A stretch of DNA of 64,000 nucleotides from Octopus vulgaris. Lineage: Eukaryota. The translations under genes and the position numbers were made by a program. The notes beneath the pieces were generated by a model. It had not been told where the DNA came from. It ran no database searches and was given only the letters and a program-made list of their open reading frames with translations. Of the stretch, positions 11,748-24,560 are shown piece after piece. Numbering within the stretch: the first letter of the stretch is position 1; every line of letters starts with the position of its first letter. Location of the stretch: contig OX597824.1 in assembly GCA_951406725.2 (NCBI GenBank), positions 60,388,001-60,452,000 on the forward strand, in the 5' to 3' direction.

Positions 11748-13170
11748 ATTCAGGATGGTTATTTTATTTATTATTATTTTTGTTTTGCCAAATAAACACC
11801 ACACACTATATATTTTTTCTTCACTTGTTTATTACTGTTATTTTGTTATTTTTATTATTTTGATGCCTGTCCATTGTCCAGAAATCTTTCATCATACATC
11901 TGTGACCTCTTCAGTGACACTTTTCGTTTTTGTGTGTGTTTTTGCTCCACTCACTCTATTCTGCTCTTCTGAGATGTGTATCTATATATGCACATGCGTT
12001 TGTGTCCTTGTGTGTGTGTGTCATAGGTTTTAGCAGCTATATGGTCTTCTCCTCAGCCCCAACCTCCCACCCCACTGTACTGCTGCTGTCCTAAAACCCC
12101 AAGAAAAAAAAAAAGAAAGAAAAACAAGTTCCTGTATTCCTCTGCGTATGTGTGTTCTTCCATCAGTGGCACAGCTGTTGCTGCTGACCATGTTAGTTGT
12201 TGTTGATAGCATATGGCCATCCATGAGGTTTCATGTGTGTGTGTGTATGGGTTCACTTCCTACGTGTCCATGCCCTTTATATATTCCATTTATCACAGGT
12301 ATGTAGCAGATACATTTATATATTCGTTTATCTATTTATATATTTTTTATGCATCTATCTCTATTTCTCATATGTATCACAGGTAAGTGCATATATGTCT
12401 ATTGTGTGTGTATTACTCTGTATTTGTGTATTATTTTTGGTTTTTTCTTCCTTCTTTCCTCTCTCTTCACATCACTACTGTCATTAGTCATGTGGTGTGG
12501 TGGTGGGTGTTACTGTTCCATTCATGTTTTCTATTGAGGCTCGGTCTATCTACTGTTATGTGTGTAGCTTCTGTAATCACTCTAAGTGTCATGTCAGTTC
12601 TGTGTCGATAGTATTTTAACCTCTGTTATTAATTGAACCTCCATGTTCTGCTTGAGCATGTTGATAGAACATGCTTCCCTTCTTTGAGCTCTCACCAATG
12701 TTCACCTATACGCTCTTCTATGCTGCGTGCAGTCTCTGCAGTGTAGGTAGTTGTCATGTTTCTTCACTGTCCTTCAATACATCATAAGCTATATACTACA
12801 TTCCTAACCTTACGGTTAACCTGTTGGTTCATCCTACACATAACACAGTTGTACTCCGTACAGGGGAACTTATGAAAGGAATAGGTATTGCAGATTAAGG
12901 ATTTTAAAGGAGCATGAGGGCTCCTCACTACTTTAATTCATAGATTAGCCTTACTTACTGATTTTCTAAAAGTGTGCTAGTTTGCTGCCAGGTGAACATG
13001 ACACTCTGTATTTTTTGTTGTCATACCAAGTGTTGGACTCATTTATCTTATTACTGTTGCTTTCCGTGCTGTTCCAGGATCTACTCCTGTACAGCGGGCA
13101 GATCCTCTTAGAATCGCTCTCTATGATGGCTTTGTACTTAGTCCTGGCTCCTTTGTACACGAATTGATGT
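11740..13170 (-). mobile_element. Decayed Penelope-like element (GIY-YIG domain plus 3' region)
   Basis: Minus strand gives PLYRSRSW, then NVVYSL*C...TYTAETARSIEERIGEH. A decayed hammerhead motif lies at ~11876-11918. Ends in (TA)n. Confidence 0.7.
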
Positions 13171-13200
13171 GTGTGTGTATGTATGTATATATATATATAT

Positions 13201-14485
13201 CATCATCATCATCATCATCGTTTAGCGTCCATTTTCCATGCTAGCATGGGTTGGACGGTTCAACTGGGGTCTGTGAAGCCGGAAGGCTTCATCAGGCCTA
13301 GTCAGATCTGGCAGTGTTTCTACGGCTGGATGCCCTTCCTAACGCCAACCACTCCATGAGTGTAGTGGGTGCTTTTTACCTGCCACCCGCACAGGTGCCA
13401 GACAGAGCTGCCAAACGGCCAAGAACGGATGGTGCTTTTTATGTGCCACTGGCATGGGGACCAGGCGAGGCTGGCAACGGACACGAACAGATGGTGCTTT
13501 TTACGTGCCACTGGCACGAGGCCAGTCGGGGCGGTGCTGGCAACGGTCACGAACGAATGGTTCTCTTACATGCCACCGGCACTGGTAACACATCTGCAAT
13601 TTCCATTGATCGATTTCGATTCTGATCCTCACTTGCCTCAACAGGTCTTCACAAGTAGAGTTTTGTGTCCCAAGAAGGGAAGGTATGCATACGTAGGCTG
13701 GCTCCATCCCATGTAGAAGGCCACGGGTTATGGTCTCACTTGTCCTGCCGGGTCTTCTCGTGCACAGCACACTTCCAGAGGTCCCAGTCTCTAGTCATTT
13801 CCTCAGTGAGACCTAAAGTTCGAAGGTCGTGCTTCACCACCTCGTCCCAGGTTTCCCTGGGTCTGCCTCTTCCACAGGTTCCCTCAACCGCTAGGGTGTG
13901 GCACTTTTTCACACAACTATCTTCGTCCATTCTCGCCACGTGCCCATACCAGCGCAAACGTCTCTCTTGCACACCACAACTGATGCTTCTTAGGTCCAGC
14001 TTTTCTCTCAAGGTACTTACACTCTGCCGAGTATGAGTACTAACATTACACATCCATCGAAGCATACTGGCTTCATTTCTTGCGAGCTTACGCATATCCT
14101 CAGCAGTCACAGCCCATGTTTCACTGCCATGTAGCATGGCTGTTCGTACACACGCATCATACAGTCTGCCTTTTACTCTGTGCGAGAGGCCTTTTGTCAT
14201 CAGCAGAGGTAAGAGCTCTCTGAACTTTGCCCAAGCTATTCTTACTCTAGCAGTTACACTTTCAGCACACCCGGCCCCGCTGCTGATTTGGTCACCTAGG
14301 TAACGGAAACTATCAACTATTTCTAGTTTTTCTCCCTGGAAAGTGACGGAAGTTGGTCTCAGAGCATTTTCAGTGTTTATTGTTCCTGAGCATCTGCCAC
14401 ATACAAAAACCATCTTCCTAGTTAGCCTTCCTTTGACATTGCTGCACTTCTTATGTGTCCATAGCTTACACTTGGTGCATCTTAT
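13201..14485 (-). mobile_element. 5'-truncated RTE-clade LINE (C-terminus of RT ORF, 3' UTR minisatellite, (GAT)n tail)
   Basis: ORF 13736-14413 has FRYLGD, ARVRIAWAKFREL, MLHGSETW, RLRWYGHVARM and GRGRPRETW. Confidence 0.92.
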
Positions 14486-14502
14486 AAGATATATATATAT
14501 TA

Positions 14503-14897
14503 CTAGCAGTATCGCCCGGCGTTGCTCGGGTTTGTAAGGGAAATAATTATATAAGCATTTTTAGAGATGTAAAGTATAATAGCCATCTCAATATGGCTAA
14601 CCACAAAGGGGGAGGGGTGTTACTGTAGCTTTTTACGTTCTGAGATTTAATAATAAATTTTAGAGAGTTACTTCCCTTATATATGTCAAAAATGGATTAA
14701 AAATGGGAAAAATTGATGGTAAATTTTTTTTTAAATCGTAGACTCATCGTAGACGCGCGCTAATACCCAGACGGTCTCGATATGAATCACGACTATAAGA
14801 TACCCGGTTTTGGTTAAACTGCACCGCAAAATGTGGGAGTAGTTAGGAATCTAAATCGTAGGAGACAGACACACAACCTCACTTTTATATATAAAGA
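14503..14897 (-). mobile_element. Non-autonomous Helitron (family A)
   Basis: Minus strand starts TCtttatatataaaag and ends with hairpin cccgagcaacgccggg then gcgatactgCTAG. It sits between A and T with no TSD. Confidence 0.8.
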
Positions 14898-15000
14898 TTT
14901 CCTCTATTTACATAATATTGAGGTCTCTTTCTTTCTTTTGTTATCTTACTGTTTTTACCAATATACATATATATATATATATATAAATATATATATAGTT

Positions 15001-15320
15001 ACAGAGATGTACTTGCATAGCAAGTGACTTGATCTGAGATCGTGTGCTGGAACGAAAACAGTTGCAGCGTTGAAGGTGTTTATAAGCCATTTAAGAAACA
15101 CACAAAAACCGTTAGATTCACTTCAACATTTAAATTTAATTTGTCAAAATATTTTCATCGCTTTGAGACCGCGACCTGTTAGCACGATATTTTTGTCAGT
15201 GAACAGGTCGCGGTCTCAAAGCGACGAAAATATTTTGGCAAATTAAATTTAAATGTTGAAGTGAATGTAACGGTTTTTGTGTGTTTCTTAAATGGCTTAC
15301 AAACACCTTCCACGCTGCAA
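15001..15320. mobile_element. Penelope-like terminal repeat in inverted (fold-back) arrangement
   Basis: 15062-15180 is the reverse complement of 15202-15320, with a ~60-bp extension on the left arm. Flanked by (TA)n. Confidence 0.7.
15192..15242 (+). ncRNA. Hammerhead-like motif with G3:C8 swapped core
   Basis: tttgtca-GTGAACA-g-gtcgc(ggtctcaaa)gcgac-GAAA-atat-TT-tggcaaa. Confidence 0.65.
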
Positions 15321-15674
15321 TATATATATACACACATATATATATATGTATGTATGTATGTGTGTATATGTGTATGCATGTATGTGTGTGTGTGTGCGTG
15401 TCTGTGCTTGTGATTGTCCTCCACCACTGCTTGACAACGAATGTTGGTTTGTTTACATCCCTGTCACCTAGTGGTTTGACAAAGGAAACAGATAGAATAA
15501 GTACAATGCTTACAAAAATAAAAGTGGAGTTGATTCATTAAACTACAATTCTTCAAGGCATTGCCCCAGCATGGCCACAGACCAATGGCTGGAAAAAGCA
15601 GAAGAATAAAAGAATACATTCTCTGCTTTGGTCAAGGCATGAGAAAGCTTGAGTTTACATGAGAAGGCCTAACA

Positions 15675-16045
15675 GACCTGGTAGAAACAGCAGCCAAATC
15701 TCCCTCAAATCACACCTTACTGTCTTATGTATGTATATATATATGAGCCAATGAGGGGGACCTCTACATGGTAGCTAGACCTGGTAGAAATAGCAGCCAA
15801 ATTTCCCCCAAATCACACCTTACTGTCTTATCTATGTATATATGTATGTATGAGCCTATGAGGGAGACCCCTACATGGCAGCTAGACCTGGTAGAAATAG
15901 CAGCCAAATTTCCCCCAAATCACACCTTACTGTCTTATCTATGTATATATGTATGTATGAGCCTATGAGGGAGACCCCTACATGGCAGCTAGACATGGTA
16001 GAAATAGCAGCCAAATCTCCCTCAAATCACACCTTACTGTCTTAT
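15675..16045. repeat. ~107-bp tandem repeat, about 3.5 copies
   Basis: agacctggtagaaatagcagccaaat...cacaccttactgtcttat starts at about 15675, 15777, 15884 and 15991. Confidence 0.9.
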
Positions 16046-16103
16046 CTTTCTGCTACTTGGATATAGGTGTTATATTCGTTGTAAAAAACTTTCCTATCAC
16101 ACA

Positions 16104-16140
<37 letters not shown>

Positions 16141-16560
16141 CCACACACACACACACACACGCGCACACCCACACACCCACACTCACACACACGCACGTCA
16201 GCTTACAATTTTATTTATATATTTGCGTGTGTATGTGTGGAAAGAGGAAGTGGGAAGCAGAGTGAAAGAATCACTCACTACAGTAAGTCAATTACTTTCA
16301 TTTTATTCGTTGCCCACTGTGTGTGTGCGTTTGCGTGTGGTGTAAACCAGACTAAGAAAAGCATTTGACACACACACCAGAATGTGAGTTTTCTGTAAAT
16401 TTTGCTTAATTGGAGTTTAAATTTTAAAAACTGGACCTGGCATGACGCGATGCATTGTACTCTTAAAACTGCTAGGTAAATTGTAATTGAAGAAATCCTA
16501 TATTGTAGATTTGTATAACTCCCAAAGGGAGGCAGATAAAATCTGCCTTTTATAATAAGA

Positions 16561-17679
16561 CTAGCAGTATCGCCCGGCGTTGCTCGGGTTTGTAAGGGAA
16601 ATAACTATATAAGCATTTTTAGAGAGTTATAGCCAAAAAAATAGCAAAAAATGCATTAAAAATGGAAAAAATATGATGGTAAATTTTTTTAAAAATCGTT
16701 GACTCATCGTAGACATTTTTAGAGAGTTACTTCCCTTATATAATAGCGAAAAAATGCATTAAAATGGGAAAAAAATGATGGTAAATTTTTTTTAAATCGT
16801 AGACTCATGTAGACGCTTTCTTAGCCATTTCTGTTTTGGTGTCTTCAAGCCATGAAGTCGTTCTAAAAGAACACTGGTCTCCTTGACAACGCATTACGAC
16901 GTTGATTTCCTTACACTCCCTTCCCCACAGGTGCAGGTGTGAGCGTGGACGCCAACTCCGCTGCCATCGACACACGAAAAATTATGCATTAAAATGGAAT
17001 AAAAAATGATGTTAAATTATTTTTAAAATCGTAGACTCATCGTAGACGCGCGCTAATATTCAGACGGGCTCGATATGAATCACGACTATAAGCTACCCGA
17101 ATTTGGTTAAACTGTACCGCAAAATGTGGGAGTAGTTAGGAATCTAAATCGAAGGGGACAGACACTCACACAACTACAGTTTTATATATAGATATACATA
17201 CATATAGATATACATATAGATATACATATAGATATACATATAGATATACATAGCGCAGTAGTGGTGAGATATGACAGCAAAGAAAAGCATACATTCACTC
17301 TCTGCATGCAATTAGACTCGGAAAGTTCGTGAGGAACCCATTGACCCAATTTGCTGACTTTTCCGATAGCACACAGGTGTCAATGAATGGTTGAATGACC
17401 AAATCCAAGCTTCTCTGCTAGTTCCTCAACAGTTACGATGATATTTTGTTCCACCAGGGTTTTCAGGATGTCCTTGTCGAGTTCTACAGATCTTTCAGGA
17501 TGAGGCTCGTCTTCTAGGCTGTGGTTTATGGCTCGGGATTTCTGGAACCACCATTGACACTGCCTTACGCTTATTGTCCAATCCCCATATACTGCATTAG
17601 TATTTCTTGTACTTTGCACACATTTATATTCTGTTATTCTTTTATATGTTTCAGCCTTGAGGTTGTGGCCATGCTGGAT

Positions 17680-17713
<34 letters not shown>

Positions 17714-19712
17714 TATCTGTCTGTCTGTCTGTATGTATATATGTATATGTATGTGTGTGAACAATAATATTTTCAACAGATGTGTTGCAAATGTATCTGA
17801 TTGTTCTCAAGCTTCAATACTGTGTGTGTGTGTGTATGTATGTATATGTATGTATGTATGTATATGTATGTATGTGTGTATGTATGTATGTGTGTGTGTG
17901 TGTATGTGTGTGTGTGTATGTATGTATGTATGTATGTATGTATGTATGAGTGTATGTTTACTTTATTACTAATTACTCTCTTCCAAGAACATTTTCACTC
18001 ACTCTTAGCTCTTAGCTTCCCATACATTTTACTCATGTATCTATCAGCGTCATAGACAGAATACTTTCACTTTAATCTTCCTCAAATCACTCTGTCGCTA
18101 TTTACTTTCATTTTATTCGTTGCCCACTGTGTGTGTGCGTTTGCGTGTGGTGTAAACCAGACTAAGAAAAGCATTTGACACACACACCAGAATGTGAGTT
18201 TTCTGTAAATTTTGCTTAATTGGAGTTTAAATTTTAAAAACTGGACCTGGCATGACGCGATGCATTGTACTCTCAAAAATGCTAGGTAAATTGTAATTGA
18301 AGAAATCCTATATTGTAGATTTGTATAACTCCCAAAGGGAGGCAGATAAAATCTGCCTTTTATAATAAGAGATATATATATATATACTAGCAGTATCGCC
18401 CGGCGTTGCTCGGGTTTGTAAGGGAAATAACTATATAAGCATTTTTAGAGAGTTATAGCCAAAAAATAGCAAAAAATGCATTAAAAATGGAAAAAATATG
18501 ATGGTAAATTTTTTTTTAAATCGTTGACTCATCGTAGACATTTTTAGAGAGTTACTTCCCTTATATAATAGCGAAAAAATGCATTAAAATGGAAAAAAAA
18601 CGATGGTAAATTTTTTTTAAATCGTAGACTCATGTAGACGCTTTCTTAGCCATTTCTGTTTTGGTGTCTTCAAGCCATGAAGTCGTTGTTCTAAAAGAAC
18701 ACTGGTCTCCTTGACAACGCATTACGACGTTGATTTCCTTACACTCCCTTCCCCACAGGTGCAGGTGTGAGCGTGGACGCCAACTCCGCCGCCATCGACA
18801 CACGAAAAATTATGCATTAAAATGGAATAAAAAATGATGTTAAATTATTTTTAAAATCGTAGACTCATCGTAGACGCGCGCTAATATTCAGACGGGCTCG
18901 ATATGAATCACGACTATAAGCTACCCGAATTTGGTTAAACTGTACCGCAAAATGTGGGAGTAGTTAGGAATCTAAATCGAAGGGGACAGACACTCACACA
19001 ACTACAGTTTTATATATATAGATATACATAGCGCAGTAGTGGTGAGATATGACAGCAAAGAAAAGCATACATTCACTCTCTGCATGCAATTAGACTCGGA
19101 AAGTTCGTGAGGAACCCATTGACCCAATTTGCTGACTTTTCCGATAGCACACAGGTGTCAATGAATGGTTGAATGACCAAATCCAAGCTTCTCTGCTAGT
19201 TCCTCAACAGTTACGATGATATTTTGTTCCACCAGGGTTTTCAGGATGTCCTTGTCGAGTTCTACAGATCTTTCCGGATGAGGCTCGTCTTCTAGGCTGT
19301 AGTTTATGGCTCGGGATTTCTGGAACCACCATTGACACTGCCTTACGCTTATTGTCCAATCCCCATATACTGCATTAATATTTCTTGTACTTTGCACACA
19401 TTTATATTCTGTTATTCTTTTATATGTTTCAGCCTTGAGGTTGTGGCCATGCTGGATCATGTGTGTGTGTGTGTGTGTGTGTGTCTATCTGTCTGTCTGT
19501 CTGTATGTATATATGTATATGTATGTGTGTGAACAATAATATTTTCAACAGATGTGTTGCAAATGTATCTGATTGTTCTCAAGCTTCAATACTGTGTGTG
19601 TGTGTATGTGTGTGTGTGTATGTATGTATGTATATGTATGTATGTATGTATATGTATGTATGTATGTATGTGTGTATGTATGTGTGTGTGTGTGTATGTA
19701 TGTGTGTGTGTA

Positions 19713-19747
<35 letters not shown>

Positions 19748-20187
19748 ATGTATGTATGTATGTATGAGTGTATGTTTACTTTATTACTAATTACTCTCTT
19801 CCAAGAACATTTTCACTCACTCTTAGCTCTTAGCTTCCCATACATTTTACTCATGTATCTATCAGCGTCATAGACAGAATACTTTCACTTTAGTCTTCCT
19901 CAAATCACTCTGTCGCTATTTACTTTCATTTTATTCGTTGCCCACTGTGTGTGTGCGTTTGCGTGTGTGTAAACCAGACTAAGAAAAGCATTTGACACAC
20001 ACACCAGAATGTGAGTTTTCTGTAAATTTTGCTTAATTGGAGTTTAAATTTTAAAAACTGGACCTGGCATGACGCGATGCATTGTACTCTCAAAAATGCC
20101 AGGTAAATTGTAATTGAAGAAATCCTATATTGTAGATTTGTATAACTCCCAAAGGGAGGCAGATAAAATCTGCCTTTTATAATAAGA
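16561..20187 (-). mobile_element. Two near-identical composite Helitron units (16561-18370, 18387-20187) carrying a mariner fragment
   Basis: Each has the CTAG/hairpin end, an internal TC end (17192, 19022), cargo, and a second TC terminus (TCttattataaaaggcag). Confidence 0.75.
17232..17620 (-). pseudogene. Mariner transposase N-terminal (HTH) fragment; second copy at 19031-19397
   Basis: NAVYGDWTISVRQCQWWFQK...SLEDEPHPERS...TVEELAEKLG; homologous to 55940-56260. Confidence 0.85.
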
Positions 20188-20249
20188 GATATACTTTGAT
20201 ACTTTGATAGGTTTCGGCCATTATTGGCCCAGGCCATGTCTAACTTAAT

Positions 20250-23213
20250 AGTATCGCCCGGCGTTGCTCGGGTTGTAAGGGAAATAACTATATAAGCATT
20301 TTTAGAGAGTTATAGCAAAAAAATAGCAAAAAAATGCATTAAAAATGGGAAAAAAATTAAGGTAAATTTTTTTTTTTTAATCGTTGACACATCGTAGATA
20401 TTTTTAGAGAGTTACTTCCCTTATATAATAGCGAAAAAATGCATTAAAATGGAAAAATATGATGGTAAATTTTTTTAAATCGTAGACTCATCGTAGACAC
20501 GCGCTAATACCCAGAAGGGCTCGATATGAATCACGACTATAAGATACCCAGTTTTGGTTACACTGCACCGCAAAATGTGGGAGTCGTTACGAATCTAAAT
20601 CGTAGGAGACAGACACACAACTTCACTTTTATATATAAAGATATAAGCCACGTAGTTATATACACATACTTTGTTATATACACATTCTTAAAAGAAAATG
20701 TTATTTTGAACACAACATTTATAAAGAATAAAATATTTTTTTGGTTTTTCTTAACCCTTTCGTTACTATATTTCTGACCAAAATACACCCCTTATGTGTT
20801 TCAATTAATTTCTAACGTAATCATAAATTTAGTCTGGTTTCATTAAACAACTATAACTTTTTTATTTATCAATATATTAAATGATTTTTGGAAGATAATT
20901 TAATGAAATGTTCTCAACCAATTCTATACTATAATTTTTGTCACAAAGTGACTCTAATTGCAGGTAGATACAGGTAAATTCAACAAAATATAAAATTATT
21001 AAAATTTTGTTCAAACATCGCTATAGAAAATGGGTTATTAGCTAATATTCAATTGGGTATACAACAAAATTTTACGATAGAATTTGTTATTCTGGGTAAC
21101 TTTCTGATACCCATAATAATATTTATGGCAAAATAGGCCTTAATTTCATTTAAGGTTGTGGGAAATAACAAACTATCCTTTCTTTCCCTTTGTTTACGTT
21201 TAGCATAACAGTTCGTTTCCGCCGTAATGATTTCAAATGGGCTCATTCGAAAAAGTAAAAGAAATAGTCTAAGGCTTTACTCTTCTGGGAAAGTCTGTGG
21301 CTTGGTCCAGTTTCTTCAGAAAAATCACCGAAAGAAACAGTTTTTAAATTTTCACTCCATTCAGGTGCCAATTCATTTTCTTTATCGCTGTCGGAGCTCT
21401 CAGATTCACTGTTTTCACTTTAATCGTTGCAAACTTGCAAAGAGAAAGTCGTAGAAATTAGAGTGATAGCGTGAGTGAATCAGATCGCTCCCTTTTTTGT
21501 GTGTGTGTGTGTGCGTGTGCTATAGCCCACACTAAGAAAAGCACTTGACTAACACACCACAATGTGAGTTTTCTCTAAATTTTGCTTAATTGGGGTTGAA
21601 ATTTTAAAAACCGGACCTGGCACGACCCGATTTATTCTACTCTTAAAAATGCTAGGTAAATTGTAATTGAAGAAATCCTATATTGTAGATTTCTATAAGA
21701 GACAAAGGGAGGCAGATAAAATCTGCCTTTTATAATAAGAGATATATATATTACTAGCAGTATCGCCTGGCATTGCTCGGGTTTGTAAGGGAAATAACTA
21801 TATAAGCATTTTTAGAGTTATAGCCAAAAAATAGGAAAAAAATGCATTAAAAATGGAAAAAAAATTAAGGTAAATTTCTTTTTAAATCGTTGACACATCG
21901 TAGATATTTTTAGAAAGTTACTTCCCTTACATAATAGCAAAAAAAATGCATTAAAATGGAAAAATATGATGGTAAATTTTTTTAAATCGTAGACTCATCG
22001 TAGACGCGCGCTAATACCCAGAAGGGCTCGATATGAATCACGACTATAAGATACCCGGTTTTGGTTACACTGCACCGCAAAATGTGGGAGTCGTTACGAA
22101 TCTAAATCGTAGGAGACAGACACACAACTTCACTCTTATATATAAAGATATAAGTCACGTAGTTATATACACATACTTTGTTATATACACATTCTTAAAA
22201 GAAAATGTTATTTTGAATACAACATTTATAAAGAATAAAATATTTTTTGGTTTTTCTTAACCCTTTCGTTACTATATTTCTGACCAAATTACACCCCTTA
22301 TGTGTTTCAATTAATTTCTAACGTAATCATAAATTTAGTCTGGTTTCATTAAACAACTATAACTTTTTTATTTATCAATATATTAATCTGATTTTTGGAA
22401 GATAATTTAATGAAATATTCTCAACCAATTCTACACTATAATTTTTGTCACAAAGTGACTCTAATTGCAGGTAGATACAGGTAAATTCAACAATATATAA
22501 AATTATTAAAATTTTGTTCAAACATTGCTATAGAAAATGGGTTATTAGCTAATATTCAATTGGGTATACAACAAAATTTTACGATAGAATTTGTTATTCT
22601 GGGTAACTTTCTGATACCCATAATAATATTTATGGCAAAATAGGCCTTAATTTCATTTAAGGTTGTGGGAAATAACAAACTATCCTTTCTTTCGCTTTGT
22701 TTACGTTTAGCGTAATGATTTCAAATAGGCTCATTCGAAAAAGTAAAAAGAAATAGTTTAAGGCTTTATTATCTTCTGGGAAAGTCTGTGGCTTGGTGCA
22801 GTTTCTTCAGAAAAATCACCGAAAGAAACAGTTTTTAAATTTTCACTCCATTCAGGTACCAATTCATTTTCTTAATCGCTGTCGGATTCACTGTTTTCAC
22901 TTTAATAGCTGCAAACTTGCAAAGACAAAGGAGGAGAAGGGTGATAGCGTCAGTGAAACAGTCGCTCCCTTTGTGTGTGTGTGCGTTTGCGTGTGGTGTA
23001 TCCCACATTAAGAAAAACATTTGACATATACACCAGAATGTGAGTTTTCTCTAAATTTTGCTTAATTGGGGTTGAAATTTTAAAAACCGGACCTGGCATG
23101 ACCCGATGCATTCTACTCTTAAAAATGCTAGGTAAATTGTAATTGAAGAAATCCTATATTGTAGATTTCTATAAATTACAAAGGGAGGCAGATAAAATCT
23201 GCCTTTTATAATA

Positions 23214-23216
<3 letters not shown>
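20250..23216 (-). mobile_element. Two composite Helitron units (20250-21740, 21754-23216) carrying a piggyBac fragment
   Basis: Diverged direct repeats with the same Helitron termini as 16561-20187 but different cargo. Confidence 0.75.
20755..21340 (-). pseudogene. piggyBac terminus and transposase fragment; second copy from 22261
   Basis: TTAA|CCCTTTCGTTAC terminus at 20751-20766. ORF 21049-21246 reads IITAETNCYA...TTLNEIKAYFAINIIMGIRKLP (PGBD-like). Confidence 0.75.
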
Positions 23217-23266
<50 letters not shown>

Positions 23267-23369
23267 ATGTGTGTGTGTGTGTATAAAAGGTGCGGTGAAT
23301 AAATTGTCGTCTAAATTATGCAAAAATGAAAATAACGCTGACATCTCATTTTAACAGATATATTTACTA

Positions 23370-24155
23370 AAATTACACATACACAATAGCACATGTAAGC
23401 ACATATACCTCCAACACACACAATACACATACAGACATGCACATACACAACCCCCTACACACACATGCATACACTAATTCACATACACATAATAAATATG
23501 TATACATACAATCACACACACATATGCATACACATATAGACACATACACACACATGCACACGAATGCACACATACCTAACACTCATAACCTCACATACAA
23601 GTATACACACCCACATATGCACCTATACCCCCTACTCAACCCCTCGTTCACACACACATGCACACACAAAATACACTCACATGCACACACATATATATAC
23701 CCGCACACACACATACACACACAAATGAACCCACACATAGCTCCCATACACACACACCACACACTTATACATACACGCACACAATTATACATACATGTAC
23801 ACACATGCACATACAAGCACACGCCCATACACACACACTACATATACACGCGCACACACATGCTTCAAACTACCAGTACCTTTCTAGTGACCATTCTCCT
23901 ATGCAAACTCCACACACAAACCCTCACACAACCCACGCATACACAAATTCACATATATACACACACATTATATCTATACATACGCATATACATATAGACA
24001 CACACACACACATGTATAGGTAGACACACAACAGGCAGCCACTCCTACCAAAATTCTTACTATAAATTCTTCCTATGACCTTAAATGATACTAAGCCCAA
24101 CCACATACACACACACAGACCTGCGTGCACGCACATACCCACACATACACACACA
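23370..24155. repeat. Degenerate (CA)-rich cryptic microsatellite
   Basis: Long imperfect CA/CATA repeats, the source of the H/T-rich spurious ORFs. Confidence 0.85.
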
Positions 24156-24159
24156 TACT

Positions 24160-24430
24160 GCCTTCTCTTGCACTTTCCTGTCTTTGAAAGAACGTTCTTC
24201 ACCCGTCCGGTCATTTCAATATGTGACCACGTGTGTATCGATGGCGATTTTCTTTCTCCACTATCCCTTCTTTGGACTTTTTCTATATTTCTGATGAAGA
24301 ACTCCGCTCAAAACGTGAAATCCTCTTTCTTTTCTTTCCTTTCCAGAGCATTCAATAACACTGTACTTATTCCATGTCCTCACATAGTTGTTTTTTCTTG
24401 CTTGTTCATGTTTGTATTGACTATATATAT
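24160..24430 (+). mobile_element. Penelope-like 3' terminal repeat with decayed hammerhead (24287-24321)
   Basis: attt-CTGATGA-agaactccgctc-AAAA-cg-TG-aaat. Similar to the reverse complement of 58960-59130. Ends in (TA)n. Confidence 0.6.
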
Positions 24431-24560
24431 ACACACACACACACACGTATATATATATACGTGTGTGTGTGTGTTTTGATGTATTTTTATAGATATTTTA
24501 TTTTTTCTTCCAGATTCTACTGAGAGTTTCTTCACTCGTCATCACAACAGCTGGCAAACA

